Positions 18,209-28,901 of a stretch of 64,000 nucleotides of DNA are shown here, in pieces. This DNA comes from Pirellula sp. (GTDB lineage: Bacteria > Planctomycetota > Planctomycetia > Pirellulales > Pirellulaceae). The stretch spans positions 8,463-72,462 of the forward strand of contig JALOQS010000019.1 in NCBI GenBank assembly GCA_025459355.1. Reading direction: 5' to 3'. Numbering within the stretch: the first letter of the stretch is position 1; each line of letters opens with the position of its first letter. The notes beneath the pieces were generated by a model. The model saw only the letters and a program-made list of their open reading frames with translations. It searched no databases and had not been told where the DNA came from. The position numbers and the translations under genes were made by a program.

Positions 18209-18468
18209 AGGGGAATACGGCAACCGAGGCGAGCGTGTCAACGTCAGTTTTTCGCTTACTGCATTCTTAATAAAAAACTACGCGTGCGAGCAAAAACTAG
18301 GCAAGCGAGGTAAATCCGGGGATCTCGCAACTCGGCGAAATCACGGCTGGTTGAATTCGACAAGGTGCAAAGTCAAGGTCGAGACCAGCGGTTTTTCCCA
18401 ATGAAGGTTGCAAAGCGGGTATAATCGACCACTCGCCTGTAGCCTTTCATCGAGTCAGGAAAATTGGG

Positions 18469-21400
18469 ATGGATCTACAAATTCAAACCAGCCTTTATCA
18501 CGTCGCGAATCGATTTCGATTGGTTCGCATGGGGTGGTTGCTGGCCGCGTTCTGGGTTTGCTTGGCTGTGCTTTTTTTGTTGCGAGGGCTAGGCAACCAC
18601 GCCGCGCTCAGTTGGCTAGGTTACGCATGGCTAGCCTCCCCTTTCATCGTTGGGCTATTGTGGCTGTTATCCCGTATTGGGTACCGAGATACTAAGTGGG
18701 TTGCCACACAAGTCGAGTCTCATTTTCCCGACTTGAAGCAAAGGTTGATCACGGTTACCTCTCCCGCTACGGAATCGGATTCAAGATTCTTACGAAAGAG
18801 TCTCGTTCGAGAAACGATGCAGCACGCGAGAAGCCATGATTGGCAATCGACGGTGTCGACGGGACGATTGCTCGGTGCTTGGTTTGTGCAATTGATTTGC
18901 TTATTCTTGGCGTTGTCGGCGTCAGTCTATTCCTCGTCTCAGCGGCAGGCGACCAGCGACGTTGCTCGCGCCGAACAAGCCGCTGCACTGATGCCCTCTT
19001 TGTCGGTAGATCCAGGTCATATCGAGATAGAACGAGGTACCGATTTAGTGGTTACGGCACGGTTTGGCGGTTGGGTTCCTCAAGAGGTTTGGTTGATTGC
19101 CTCGGGTGTTGATTCGAATACCGATCTTGCCAAGACCCCGATGCAGCCCAGTTTGAGCGATCCCGTCTTTGGCGGATACTTAAAGCGAATCGAAAATGAT
19201 CTCAGCTATCACGTTGCGAGTGAAAAGGGGGATAGCGAATCGTACCGTGTGAAGGTGTTTGATTACCCGGCGATGGTTCGAAGTGATGCGGAGATAGATC
19301 CACCATCGTATTCCAATCAAGAAAAGAAAATCGTTCCCGATACCAAGCGAGTGTCCGTACCTGAAGGGACAAAGCTGACATGGATCTGTCGCATGAACAA
19401 AGCGATCGCCAAAGCAGAGTTGGTCGACCAAGACAACAATGTCATCCCCCTGTCTGCTTCGGAGGCTGACCCATTGACGTATTCCGCGACAATTGAGTTG
19501 CAGGAGTCACGACGATGGAAAGTGAAACTGTTGGATTCCGACGGGCGGCAATCCAAAGTCGAGGAGTCTTTATCCGCCAAAGTTATCGTCAATAAAGAGC
19601 CCGACATCAGGTTGGCTGTCGGAGGTGACTTGCAAGTGTCCCCGCTACAGGAGGTGCTCCTGCAAGCGTTCGTTCGAGATGATTTTCAATTATCGCGAAC
19701 GGGTGTTACGGTCTCCTTGGGAGATTCCGAGAGTGTTGAGATTGAGCTAAAAGGAACACGCCAGACTAAGGGGGCAGATTACGAGGTCTCGCACATTGTC
19801 GATCTCGAAACCATGAATGCTCAGCCAGATCAATTGTTATCCTACTTTTTCTGGGCGGAGGACACGGATAGCCAGAATCAAGGTCGTCGAGTCGATGGTG
19901 AGATGTTCTTTGCTGAGGTTCGTCCTTTTGAAGAGATTTTTCGAGAAGGGGAATCCCCATCCTCATCTCAGCAACAGCAAAACCAACCTGGCCAACCGCA
20001 GAGTCAAAACGGGCAAAAGGCTGAGGAGCTTGCCGAGCTGCAAAAGAAAATTATTTCAGGAACCTGGAATGTACTGCGACGAGAAACGCGTTCAAGACGA
20101 AATGTCACGCAAGTATTTAGAGGAAACGCGAACTCGCATGACGGAAGCAATGGAAAAGCTTGCTGCGGCGACGGCGGAGAGTAGTTTAGACAAGCTGAAA
20201 GCTGCATTGAACTCGGAACGAAAAGCTTATGAAGGATTGCTGCGTCTGCGAGCGCGTGAGCATTCCATTGTCCGAAATCAGCAACAGCAAAACGCGCAAC
20301 GCAACCAAAGTTCAGCTCAGCAGAATCGCCAAGAGCAACTCGAACAGCTCAAGCTGGAGGACGAAAAGAATGAATACGAGAACGAACAGAATGCTGCACC
20401 TGAGCAAAACGATGCCCAGAGAGAAACTCGTCAAGTAATGAATCGGCTCGAAGAGTTAGCACGACGTCAAAAAGATCTGAATCAACAGATCAAAGAAGCT
20501 GAGACCGCACTTCGTGAAGCAGAGGGCGAAGCCGAAAAGAAGGAGTTCGAGGAACAGTTAGCTAGATTGCGAGAAGACCAAGAGGAAATGATACGTGATG
20601 CAGATGAACTTTTGGAAAAGATGAATCAAGAGGAAAATCGCCAAGCCATGCAGGAAGCGAGAGAGCAGGTGGAACAGGCTCGTGAGCAATTGCAAAAGGC
20701 TGCCGAATCGCTCGCCAACAATCAAACATCGCAAGCATTGAACTCGGGCACGAGAGCGGAACAAACCATGAAGGAGGTGCGAGAGCAGATTCGGCAGGAA
20801 TCATCGACTCAGATGCAAGAGTCAATGCAAAACATGGTGCAGAAAGCTCGGGAGTTGGAGGCTGATCAGCAAGAGCTCCAGAAAGAGCTAGCGAGACGTA
20901 ACGCTCCAAGCTCCGGTGCGCCAGCTGAAGAAGAACGCAACATCAATTCTGAGTTACCACCCGATCCACCTTCCGAGGAAACGCAAGAGGGAGCTTCTCC
21001 CTTACGTCCCGAAGGCGATAGTGAAAAGAATCCTTCTCAAGATAAATGGCGATCTCAAAAAGAAAAGATGGATCAGCTTTTGGAGGAGATCAAAAACGTT
21101 GTCGCGGATGCAGAATCGAGCGAACCGCTTTTAGCAGATAATTTGTACGAGGGATTCCGTGAAGCAAAGCAGAGCGGCCTCGATCGACAGTTAGAGCAGA
21201 TTCCGATGCTCATCGACCGTGGATTCGAAAATCGGGCACAGCAGTTGGCAGCCGATGCGACACAAGGGATCACCAAACTCAAAGAGAAGATAGAGAACGC
21301 AGCGGAAAGTGTATTGGGAAGCGAACAAGAGTCGTTGCGTCGTGCATTGCGTGAGATCGATCAAGCCAATCAGCAACTTAGTGAAGAGATGGAGTCACAA

Positions 21401-22057
21401 TCTGCACCTAGCCCAGATGCGAATTCCGAGCCACCCTCCGGTCAGCGATCCGAACGCGAATCGCCATCCGAGCGCACCGGTAATTCAACTGAAACAGGCA
21501 ATGCAGCTGAGTCAGGCAATGCAGCTGAGTCAGGCAATGCAGCTGAGTCAGGCAATGCAGCTGAGTCAGGCGAGGCGCGAGAGCGAAATCGATCGAGCCA
21601 GGAGCCCGAGGGAACGCGATCTGGTGAGCGCGATCGCGCCAATGGTGATCCAACTCAAAGACGGCTCGGCGGAAGTGGACAGGTGCGAGAGAGCAATACT
21701 CGTCCAGCGAATCCTTTGACAGGGGATGATTATCGCGAATGGGTCGATTCGCTAAGGGATGTTGAAGAGTTGCTGATCGATCCCGAGAAAAAAGCAGACG
21801 TGGCTAGAATCCGAGATGCTGCACGCGAAATGCGAGTCGAGTTTAAGCGTCATGCTCGGGAGCCTCAGTGGGATTTGGTACGCAAGCTTATCGCGGAGCC
21901 ATTAAAGGAACTGCGGTCCGAGGTTAACGACGAGCTAATGCGACTAGCTGCCGAACGAAATGCATTGGTGCCCATCGACCGAGATCCAGTCCCTCGCCAA
22001 TATCAAAAGCAGTTGGACCGCTACTACGAGAACCTCGGACGCGGGATAAAGAAGTGA
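18469..22057 (+). pseudogene. Large DUF4175-like membrane/coiled-coil protein, frameshifted near 20090 (ORFs 18469-20184 and ~20090-22057)
   Basis: N-terminal TMs, Ig-like region and FAEVRPFEEIFREG in the first frame; Q/E-rich coiled coil ending PIDRDPVP..Y...YYENLG in the +1 frame. Could also be a split gene (ATG 20102) or an assembly error. Confidence 0.65.
21495..21571 (+). repeat. In-frame 18-bp tandem repeat, 4 perfect copies
   Basis: CAGGCAATGCAGCTGAGT x4 plus CAGGC, encoding (GNAAES)4. Confidence 0.95.
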
Positions 22058-24594
22058 TGTTATTCGTCGCACAAACCGAAGTTTTGTCGAGCCGTTACTT
22101 CTTTGGTAATACTGCTTGGATATCATGGGTGGTCGCAATCGGCATCATGCTCACGGTCCTCTCGATTTTGTCGTATCGAGGGAGTCGAATGTCGATCGGC
22201 ATGCGAGTCACTTCTCTGGCTATGCGGCTACTGGGAATCGGGCTCCTATTGCTTTGTTTGTTAGAGCCCATGGGTGTCGAGGAGCGAGCCAAACCACAAG
22301 CCAATGCCTTTGCAGTCGTTGTCGATAACAGTCAGAGCGTGAAAGAGATTTGGGATGTGCGAGGTAGCGATTCGACATCGGATCGTTCCGAGGAATGGTA
22401 TCGAAAGCTCTTGCAGGATGAAACAACATGGGCCCGTCGGCTGGCTGAAGATTTTCGGTTGCGGCGTTATGTTTTTTCTAGCGGACTGGACCCGATCGAT
22501 AGTTTCGAAGGGATAACCATGAATGGTGTGGACTCATCATTGGTTAGATCCATGTTGGCATTGAAAGATCGATATCGATCAGCCAACGTTAGTGAGCCGT
22601 CGATTTCCAGCACGGTTCCTTTGGCAGGCATCCTTTTGTTCACTGATGGACAATCGACCGATCGATCCGAGTGGAATTCTCTGAAGCAGATGGGAATCCC
22701 GATTTATCCAGTGGTGTGCGGCGATATCAAGGTTCAAAAGGATCTCGCCATATCTTCTGTTAGTTTGCGACAAACCGACTTCGAAACCGCACCTGTCACG
22801 TTGACCGCTTCGATCTCGGCAGCAGGTTTTTCAGCGCCGACGATAGAGGTGGATTTATGGGATGGTGAAAACAAGCTCATTGAGACCAAACCCGCTGTTT
22901 TTAGTGACCCACAAAAGCCAGCAACCGTGGAGTTTCGATTTCGACCGTCCGCACCTGGAGTACAAGCGTACAAGTTGACGGCTAGAGCGACCAAGGCTAA
23001 CGAACCAACATTGTTACAAAATGATGCGCCGATCTCAACAACGGCACGCGAAGATGAGTTAACCCTGTTGAATAATCAGCGATATCAAGTTGTAGATCGC
23101 GGGCGTGGTCCGTTCCGCGTTTTGTATTTGTCAGGCCGTCCCAATTGGGAATACAAATTTCTTGCGCGTGCAATCGCCGAAGATGCCGAGGTGGAGTTGA
23201 CCGCATTGATTCGAATTGCAAAGAAAGAACCAAAATTTAACTTCCGAGACAATCGGGTTGACTCTGCAAATCCACTCTTCTCGGGATTTGAAGATGTTTC
23301 CGAGGAAGAAAAGGAACAGTTCGACCAACCGGTGTTTGTCAGGATCGGCTTGACTGACGCAGGACAGCTCCAAGCGGGCTTTCCCAAAGATGATGAAGAA
23401 CTCTTTGATTACCATGCCATTTTGATTGACGATCTCGAAAGTGATTTTTTGACAACAGAACAGCAGTCCATGATCCGTCGGTTTGTCACCATCAGAGGTG
23501 GCGGTTTGCTCATGTTAGGTGGGCAAGAATCGATGCGAGGCAAGGGGTATGAGAATTCGATTCTAAGCCAATTGCTGCCTGTTTATGGCGACTCCGTATC
23601 GGAGGACCCGGCGGATTGGACCAATAATCCCAACAACCAAGCCGGGCCGGAAGTGCGGTTTGAATTGACGCGTGAAGGTTGGTTGCAACCATTCATGCGG
23701 GTGGCTGATACGGAGCCTAAAGAGAAAGACCGATTGTCGTCGATGCCCGCATTTCAAGTTCTCAACAAAACAACCAGCATCAAGCCTGGTGCCTCCGTTT
23801 TTGCACAAGGGAGGCAAGAAGAACGCGAAATGCCCGGCGGCCCTGATGAGCCCAGCGATACTGGTGATCTACGCAATCGGAATCAGGAAACAGTTCCGCT
23901 GTTTGTTGTGCAGAAGTATGGGCGGGGGCGAACTGCAGCGTTTCTTATTGGAGATTGGTGGCGTTGGGCCATGCACCGGCAATCTAAAGATCCGTCACCT
24001 ATGTTTCAAGCCTGGAGACAAATGATACGCTGGATGGTGAACGACGTTCCGCGAGCGATTAGCCTAACGTCGGAAAAGGTTAGTGGTGCCACGAAACTGA
24101 GACGAGTCATCGCTGATGTTAAGGGCCCAGATTTTAAGATCATGGATAATGCGCAGGTAACTGTCGAGCTTGAATCACCGGATGGCAGCAAATCGGAACT
24201 TGTGCTTGAGGCGTCAGCTGAAGTGCCTGGTCGTTATGAATCGATCGTGTTGTGCGAACAGGATGGCGTCTATATCGCGACCGCGACGTGTAAAGCTGAG
24301 GACGAAAGCGTTTTGGGGGATGCGCAAACGGGATGGACGCATGAGCCGATGGCTGATGAAGTTCGCCAGTTGGGAGAGGATGTTGCGTTCTTAAATCAGG
24401 TGGCTGAAACCACGGGTGGTAAAGTCATTTCGCTTGAAGATCTCGATTCGTTCGCATCCAACATTCCTAGTGATCTCGTCCCGATTCGCGAGCGAAAAGT
24501 TTTTCCGTTGTGGCATCAGTCGTGGGTCATCGCTGTTGCTTTGGCTTGTCTTTGTTTTGAGTGGAGCTTGAGGAGACGCAATGGGTTGGCATAA
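22054..24594 (+). CDS. Membrane protein with VWA-like and glutamine-amidotransferase-like (DUF1355-type) domains
   Basis: VVDNSQSV and LFTDG (MIDAS-like), GRPNWEYKFL, RGGGLLMLGG, GRGRT, A.TTGG and C-terminal EWSLRRRNGLA. Confidence 0.75.
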   Translation: MMLFVAQTEVLSSRYFFGNTAWISWVVAIGIMLTVLSILSYRGSRMSIGMRVTSLAMRLLGIGLLLLCLLEPMGVEERAKPQANAFAVVVDNSQSVKEIWDVRGSDSTSDRSEEWYRKLLQDETTWARRLAEDFRLRRYVFSSGLDPIDSFEGITMNGVDSSLVRSMLALKDRYRSANVSEPSISSTVPLAGILLFTDGQSTDRSEWNSLKQMGIPIYPVVCGDIKVQKDLAISSVSLRQTDFETAPVTLTASISAAGFSAPTIEVDLWDGENKLIETKPAVFSDPQKPATVEFRFRPSAPGVQAYKLTARATKANEPTLLQNDAPISTTAREDELTLLNNQRYQVVDRGRGPFRVLYLSGRPNWEYKFLARAIAEDAEVELTALIRIAKKEPKFNFRDNRVDSANPLFSGFEDVSEEEKEQFDQPVFVRIGLTDAGQLQAGFPKDDEELFDYHAILIDDLESDFLTTEQQSMIRRFVTIRGGGLLMLGGQESMRGKGYENSILSQLLPVYGDSVSEDPADWTNNPNNQAGPEVRFELTREGWLQPFMRVADTEPKEKDRLSSMPAFQVLNKTTSIKPGASVFAQGRQEEREMPGGPDEPSDTGDLRNRNQETVPLFVVQKYGRGRTAAFLIGDWWRWAMHRQSKDPSPMFQAWRQMIRWMVNDVPRAISLTSEKVSGATKLRRVIADVKGPDFKIMDNAQVTVELESPDGSKSELVLEASAEVPGRYESIVLCEQDGVYIATATCKAEDESVLGDAQTGWTHEPMADEVRQLGEDVAFLNQVAETTGGKVISLEDLDSFASNIPSDLVPIRERKVFPLWHQSWVIAVALACLCFEWSLRRRNGLA

Positions 24595-25651
24595 ACGTCT
24601 CGCGATAATCATTTGCACTGTTCTCTTTTGCGTGACCATTACGTTGCGCAGTTACGGAGATGAGCCACGGATTTTAATAGTACTGGGTGCACCCGGAGAA
24701 CCCGAGTATGGCACCATATTCCAAGCGTGCGGAAAACGTTGGAGAGAAGCATTTGGGGATGCGAAGATCAAATTTTTGGATGGAACCGAAGTCCCGGATC
24801 GAGGCGGCGACGTTTCGAGTGATAGTGAATCCGATACGAGAAACAACGAACAGCCCAGCTCAGCAGAAAGCCATCGTCAGCAAATTCTAGATTGGATCAG
24901 CCAACACGAATCAAACGGTAGTGGGCCGTCTGAAGATGCTTCGGTGCGAGAGATTGTAAATGATGAGGTTCGGTGGATTATCATGATCGGCCATGGGACA
25001 TCGGATCGCTCCGGTAGTAAATTCAATTTGGCTGGTCCCGATTTGTCCGCTAAGGAGCTATCCGCGGCAATGAAGAGTTCGTCGCATCGATGGGTCATCC
25101 TGAATTGTTCCTCTTCGAGTGGCCCTTTTCTCGCGGAGTTATCGGGACCGAACCGAATCGTTGTGACGGCCACGAAAAGTGGTGCAGAGCAGAATTACTC
25201 GCGATTTGCAGACTATCTGTCGCGGGCGTTGAATGATCCCAAGAGCGATTTAGATCATGACTCTCAGATATCAGTTTTGGAAGCGTTTCTCGCATCATCG
25301 TCGGGAGTGGCGAGGTTTTATGAGGATGAAGGGCGACTGGCGAGCGAGCAAGCGTTGTTGGATGATAACGCTGACAAACGAGGTACACCGGCGCTTTTTT
25401 TTCGAGGGCTTCGCGCGGTGAAAGCGCCCAAAGATGGGCTCAAGTTGGATGGGGAGTTAGCCAAGCGATTGATAATCACGAGACTCACCGATGCCGCGAA
25501 CTTGACTGTTGAAAGTTCGACCAAGGCACAAGAAATCGAGTCTAAGATTGCATTGCTTCGCCAACAAAAGAAAGAAATGGATGAAGTGGAGTTCGCGAAT
25601 CAACTCGAGGTTTTGCTACTCGAACTCGCGGACATTCTGCTACCCAAGTAG
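24581..25651 (+). CDS. Exported hypothetical protein with caspase/C13-like fold motifs
   Basis: Signal peptide, IVLGAPGEPEY, MIGHGT, NCSSSSGPF, VTATKSG.E and DLDHD.QISVLEAF. Confidence 0.6.
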   Translation: MGWHKRLAIIICTVLFCVTITLRSYGDEPRILIVLGAPGEPEYGTIFQACGKRWREAFGDAKIKFLDGTEVPDRGGDVSSDSESDTRNNEQPSSAESHRQQILDWISQHESNGSGPSEDASVREIVNDEVRWIIMIGHGTSDRSGSKFNLAGPDLSAKELSAAMKSSSHRWVILNCSSSSGPFLAELSGPNRIVVTATKSGAEQNYSRFADYLSRALNDPKSDLDHDSQISVLEAFLASSSGVARFYEDEGRLASEQALLDDNADKRGTPALFFRGLRAVKAPKDGLKLDGELAKRLIITRLTDAANLTVESSTKAQEIESKIALLRQQKKEMDEVEFANQLEVLLLELADILLPK

Positions 25652-25683
25652 CGATTTACCGATTCCAGTGAATGCAAGTGGGG

Positions 25684-26439
25684 TTACGCTGTTTTGCGTT
25701 GCGCACGAATTTGAGGATCTGATTTCCCGGCTGCCACATGTTTGAGCACATCTCCAAACGTGCGAGTCGCCGATCGTGGCAAGTTCGCTTCGCAGATGCC
25801 GGCCAGTCGTATCACTTCTTCCTCGTCGGTTATTTCCGAGAGTGTTTGCGTTTGGCCTGGTTGTTGGCTTACCAAGAGCAGTTTGCGGCCGAATCTTAAA
25901 ACGTAGACTTGTTGTCGAGGTGCGATCGTCGACCGTCCGAGAACCTCGACGACCTCGTTGGGAAGTCGGGATGATCCAGCAGGCATCGACTTCTTAGCTA
26001 CCCAGGCCACTCCCAAGAATAGGCACACCACGATGCCTAGAGAAAAGCCGACCGAAAACAGGGTCGTCCATGGACTCGTTGGTTTGGCAATTCGTCCCTC
26101 GTTTGCTTTGGATGGTTCCTTGAGTTTGATTTCCGAGGGTGATGGCGATGCTGATGGCATGGCGTTCGGTTCGGATTGTGCGCGAAACGAGATACCGCTC
26201 GCGGGGACCGAAGTCGGTTCGTAGGAGGCCGGTTGAACGTTAGCATGGGCCTGCGGTTGTGGATTGTCTCGATTCATCCCTGTTTGAGAGCCGACCGCAG
26301 CAGGGCCTCGGATCCTTTGCGATTCCAGCATTTGAGCCGAGGCATGGGGAGTCTGATGAAATATGAAGAGGGCGCTCAAGACTAGAGCAGCGCTCAGAGC
26401 TTTGAGCATTGTCACCGGAATCGCTCTACGAAAGAACAT
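25684..26439 (-). CDS. fliO: Flagellar biosynthesis protein FliO/FliZ-like
   Basis: Signal peptide, TM SLGIVVCLFLGVAW, and VEVLGRSTIAPRQQVYVLRFGRKLLLV...LSEITD; lies downstream of fliN; start codon uncertain. Confidence 0.8.
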   Translation of the reverse strand: MFFRRAIPVTMLKALSAALVLSALFIFHQTPHASAQMLESQRIRGPAAVGSQTGMNRDNPQPQAHANVQPASYEPTSVPASGISFRAQSEPNAMPSASPSPSEIKLKEPSKANEGRIAKPTSPWTTLFSVGFSLGIVVCLFLGVAWVAKKSMPAGSSRLPNEVVEVLGRSTIAPRQQVYVLRFGRKLLLVSQQPGQTQTLSEITDEEEVIRLAGICEANLPRSATRTFGDVLKHVAAGKSDPQIRAQRKTA

Positions 26440-26842
26440 CGCTTCCAACCAATTCCGCGACCCGCACGCAAAAGTTATCGTTGAGCACTAGTACTTCGCC
26501 ACGAGCAACCAATCGCCCGTTGACGTAGATATCCACAGGGTCGCCCGCTAGTTTGTCGAGAGTGACAACCGAGCCCTTGCGAAGCTGGAGAATGTCATCC
26601 AAGCTCATTTTGGTTCGGCCCAGTTCCACTTTGAGTTCGAGTTGAACATCGCGAAGAAGATCTATCGAGACCTTTTCTGGGGGGCCCTCATCACCGATTA
26701 ACTCGGAGAGTTGGAACCGGTGAACGTTGGGAGAATGCAGCGACTCTTCGACTTGTCTCAGAGCCGCTTCTGCTCTCTCGATGACATTCTCGACAGGTCC
26801 GGAACCGGAAGCCTGCGAGCTGGTGGTATCTGTGTTGGACAA
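26426..26842 (-). CDS. fliN: Flagellar motor switch protein FliN
   Basis: LLRDVQLELKVELGRT...GSVVTLDKLAGDPVDIYVNGRLVARGEVLV...FCVRV. Confidence 0.95.
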   Translation of the reverse strand: MSNTDTTSSQASGSGPVENVIERAEAALRQVEESLHSPNVHRFQLSELIGDEGPPEKVSIDLLRDVQLELKVELGRTKMSLDDILQLRKGSVVTLDKLAGDPVDIYVNGRLVARGEVLVLNDNFCVRVAELVGSDVLS

Positions 26843-26900
26843 TCGAATCTTCCTTGATTGACTGCGGCAAATCGAAGTGTTTTCTTTTTTCTATGTCTGG

Positions 26901-27497
26901 CTAATCTTCCAGCACTTGATACTCAGCGAATCCGACATTAAGCAACAGATCATCTTTGCCGAGCATTTCTGTTACTGTCGCCAATAGTCTTCTTTGAAGC
27001 AAGCCCAATTGGTTTTCTTCCAGTTCTTGAAGCGATGTTTGACGTATTTCTAGCATTAGTCGATTCTTGATTCGCCCTTCCATCGAGGCGAATAGTTCTA
27101 TCAAGTGGTCTAAGTTTTTAGCTAGCACTTCTGCGTAGAGAATGAATTCCACCGTATAGTAGGTGTCGGTTTCCGCCGGTTTAAAGGGGACCTTGATGAT
27201 AGGAAAGTGGAACTCGACGATTTCTTCTTCTTCGTGTTCGTGTTCCTTATCTTTGGCATCAACCTCTTGTGCCTGAGCAATCAGCCGTTGTTCTGCCAAC
27301 AGAGCGATCTGCTCACCAGAGGGGACCAAAAAGAAGAAGACAAATGTCTCGGTGATGATGATACCACTGACAAATGCTGCGACGAGGAGTTTGCCTGCGA
27401 GTCCGCTACCTTTTTTGGATTCGGTTGCGGCGGCATCTCCATGGGCGGCTGCCTTTACATCTTTTGCGGTTTCAGCTTTTTCTTTTTTTCCTGCCAT
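26901..27497 (-). CDS. fliL: Flagellar basal body-associated FliL-like protein
   Basis: Lys-rich N-terminus, single TM and a C-terminal domain of FliL size and pattern; directly upstream of fliN. Confidence 0.6.
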   Translation of the reverse strand: MAGKKEKAETAKDVKAAAHGDAAATESKKGSGLAGKLLVAAFVSGIIITETFVFFFLVPSGEQIALLAEQRLIAQAQEVDAKDKEHEHEEEEIVEFHFPIIKVPFKPAETDTYYTVEFILYAEVLAKNLDHLIELFASMEGRIKNRLMLEIRQTSLQELEENQLGLLQRRLLATVTEMLGKDDLLLNVGFAEYQVLED

Positions 27498-27716
27498 GAT
27501 CTCTTGTTTAGATTTCGAGGAACGATTTCCCACACCAACACTAGGTTAAAACAGGTTTTCGAACGAAAAAACGACAAGAAATGGAGGCTAATGAGCCAAT
27601 TGGAGTTCGGTTGTAACGGTTCTGCTGATCGCGCAAAAGAATCCTAGATTGCAGAATCGTTGTGATAGCATTCAAATAGTCCCCCGAGCGGGCTAAGTAC
27701 GAGAACCTTTGGATTC

Positions 27717-28901
27717 GTGGACCTAAGAATGAGGAATAAAAGTGATGCATCTCAAGCGACGTTGATCGCTCCGGCGTCTCTGGAGGAATCGTCCGAGCTT
27801 CGAACCGTCGTTTCGTTGCCGTGTTCGGCTTGTGGAGCCCCGAGGCTGAACGAGTCCCGTTTTTGCACCGCTTGTGGAGTCCCGCACGAGTTATCCGTTC
27901 CGGTTGGCAATCGCCCCTCTGAGGGCAATCAAGATCGCTCCGGTAATCGCAGTGGTTCGTCGCCTAGTTTACAGGTGCTGGATCATATCCACTGCGATAA
28001 CTGTGGAGCTGATATCGATGTACCGTCGGAGCTTAGCAGCATTCGATGTCCGTTTTGCGATTCGACTTATGTTGTCAAGCAATCTACCGAAGATCGAACT
28101 CGCCAACGTCCTGAGTTCATTATTGGATTTGCCATTACGAAAGAGAGAGCAACGGAGTTATTTTTTGAGTGGCTGGGAAAGAACAGTTGGTTTCGCCCGG
28201 GTGATTTGCAATACAAAGCTGTTTCCGACAAGCAGCATGGCGTGTACATTCCGTTCTGGCATTTTACGTTAAAGTCGCACAGCAAATGGTCGGCCCGGAT
28301 CGGCGAGTATTGGTACCGAACCGAAACGTATACGGTAACGGTTAATGGAAAGAGTCAGACGCGAACGCGAACGGTTCAAGAAACCGAATGGTGGCCGCTA
28401 AGTGGTGTCTTTCGAAGATACTACTCCGGTTATATGGTATCGGCATCCAAGGGATTGCCCCAGAATGAAGCGGTCTCGATACAGCCCTATCGCTTGAGCA
28501 GCATGATGAGATTCAGGCCCCATTTTCTGGCAGGCTGGATGCTGGAGGAGTATTCCTTTAGTCGCGAGGAGGCCATGGGGCTCGCCAAGTCCGAGTTCAT
28601 GCGACGCGAGAAAGAATCCATTGCACAGTTCTTGCCGGGCGATACGCATTCGAGTTTGAGTGTCTTTACTAACTTTGAGGAGGGAGACACCGATCTGGTT
28701 CTATTGCCCGTTCATGTGATGGCCTATCAATACCGAGGCAAAGTGTATCGTTTTTTGGTTAATGGCCAAACAGGCAAGGTGTACGGAGAAAAGCCTTGGT
28801 CGGCTGCTCGGATTGCAATCGCCGTTATTGGAGCCATCGTTCTGCTCGCCATTTTGATAATCATTGGAGTGCTCCTTGCCAATGGAAGGGGGGCATTCTA
28901 A
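27717..28901 (+). CDS. Zinc-ribbon membrane-anchored protein
   Basis: Four CxxC pairs, GVYIPFW, LLPV..Y.YRGKVYRFLVNGQTGKVYGEKP and a C-terminal TM; start uncertain. Confidence 0.75.
   Translation: MDLRMRNKSDASQATLIAPASLEESSELRTVVSLPCSACGAPRLNESRFCTACGVPHELSVPVGNRPSEGNQDRSGNRSGSSPSLQVLDHIHCDNCGADIDVPSELSSIRCPFCDSTYVVKQSTEDRTRQRPEFIIGFAITKERATELFFEWLGKNSWFRPGDLQYKAVSDKQHGVYIPFWHFTLKSHSKWSARIGEYWYRTETYTVTVNGKSQTRTRTVQETEWWPLSGVFRRYYSGYMVSASKGLPQNEAVSIQPYRLSSMMRFRPHFLAGWMLEEYSFSREEAMGLAKSEFMRREKESIAQFLPGDTHSSLSVFTNFEEGDTDLVLLPVHVMAYQYRGKVYRFLVNGQTGKVYGEKPWSAARIAIAVIGAIVLLAILIIIGVLLANGRGAF

Noticed and set aside
19817-20090. N-terminal ~90 aa of ORF 19817-22057 as real coding sequence
   Set aside because: It overlaps the convincing upstream frame and reads as out-of-frame sequence until about 20090.
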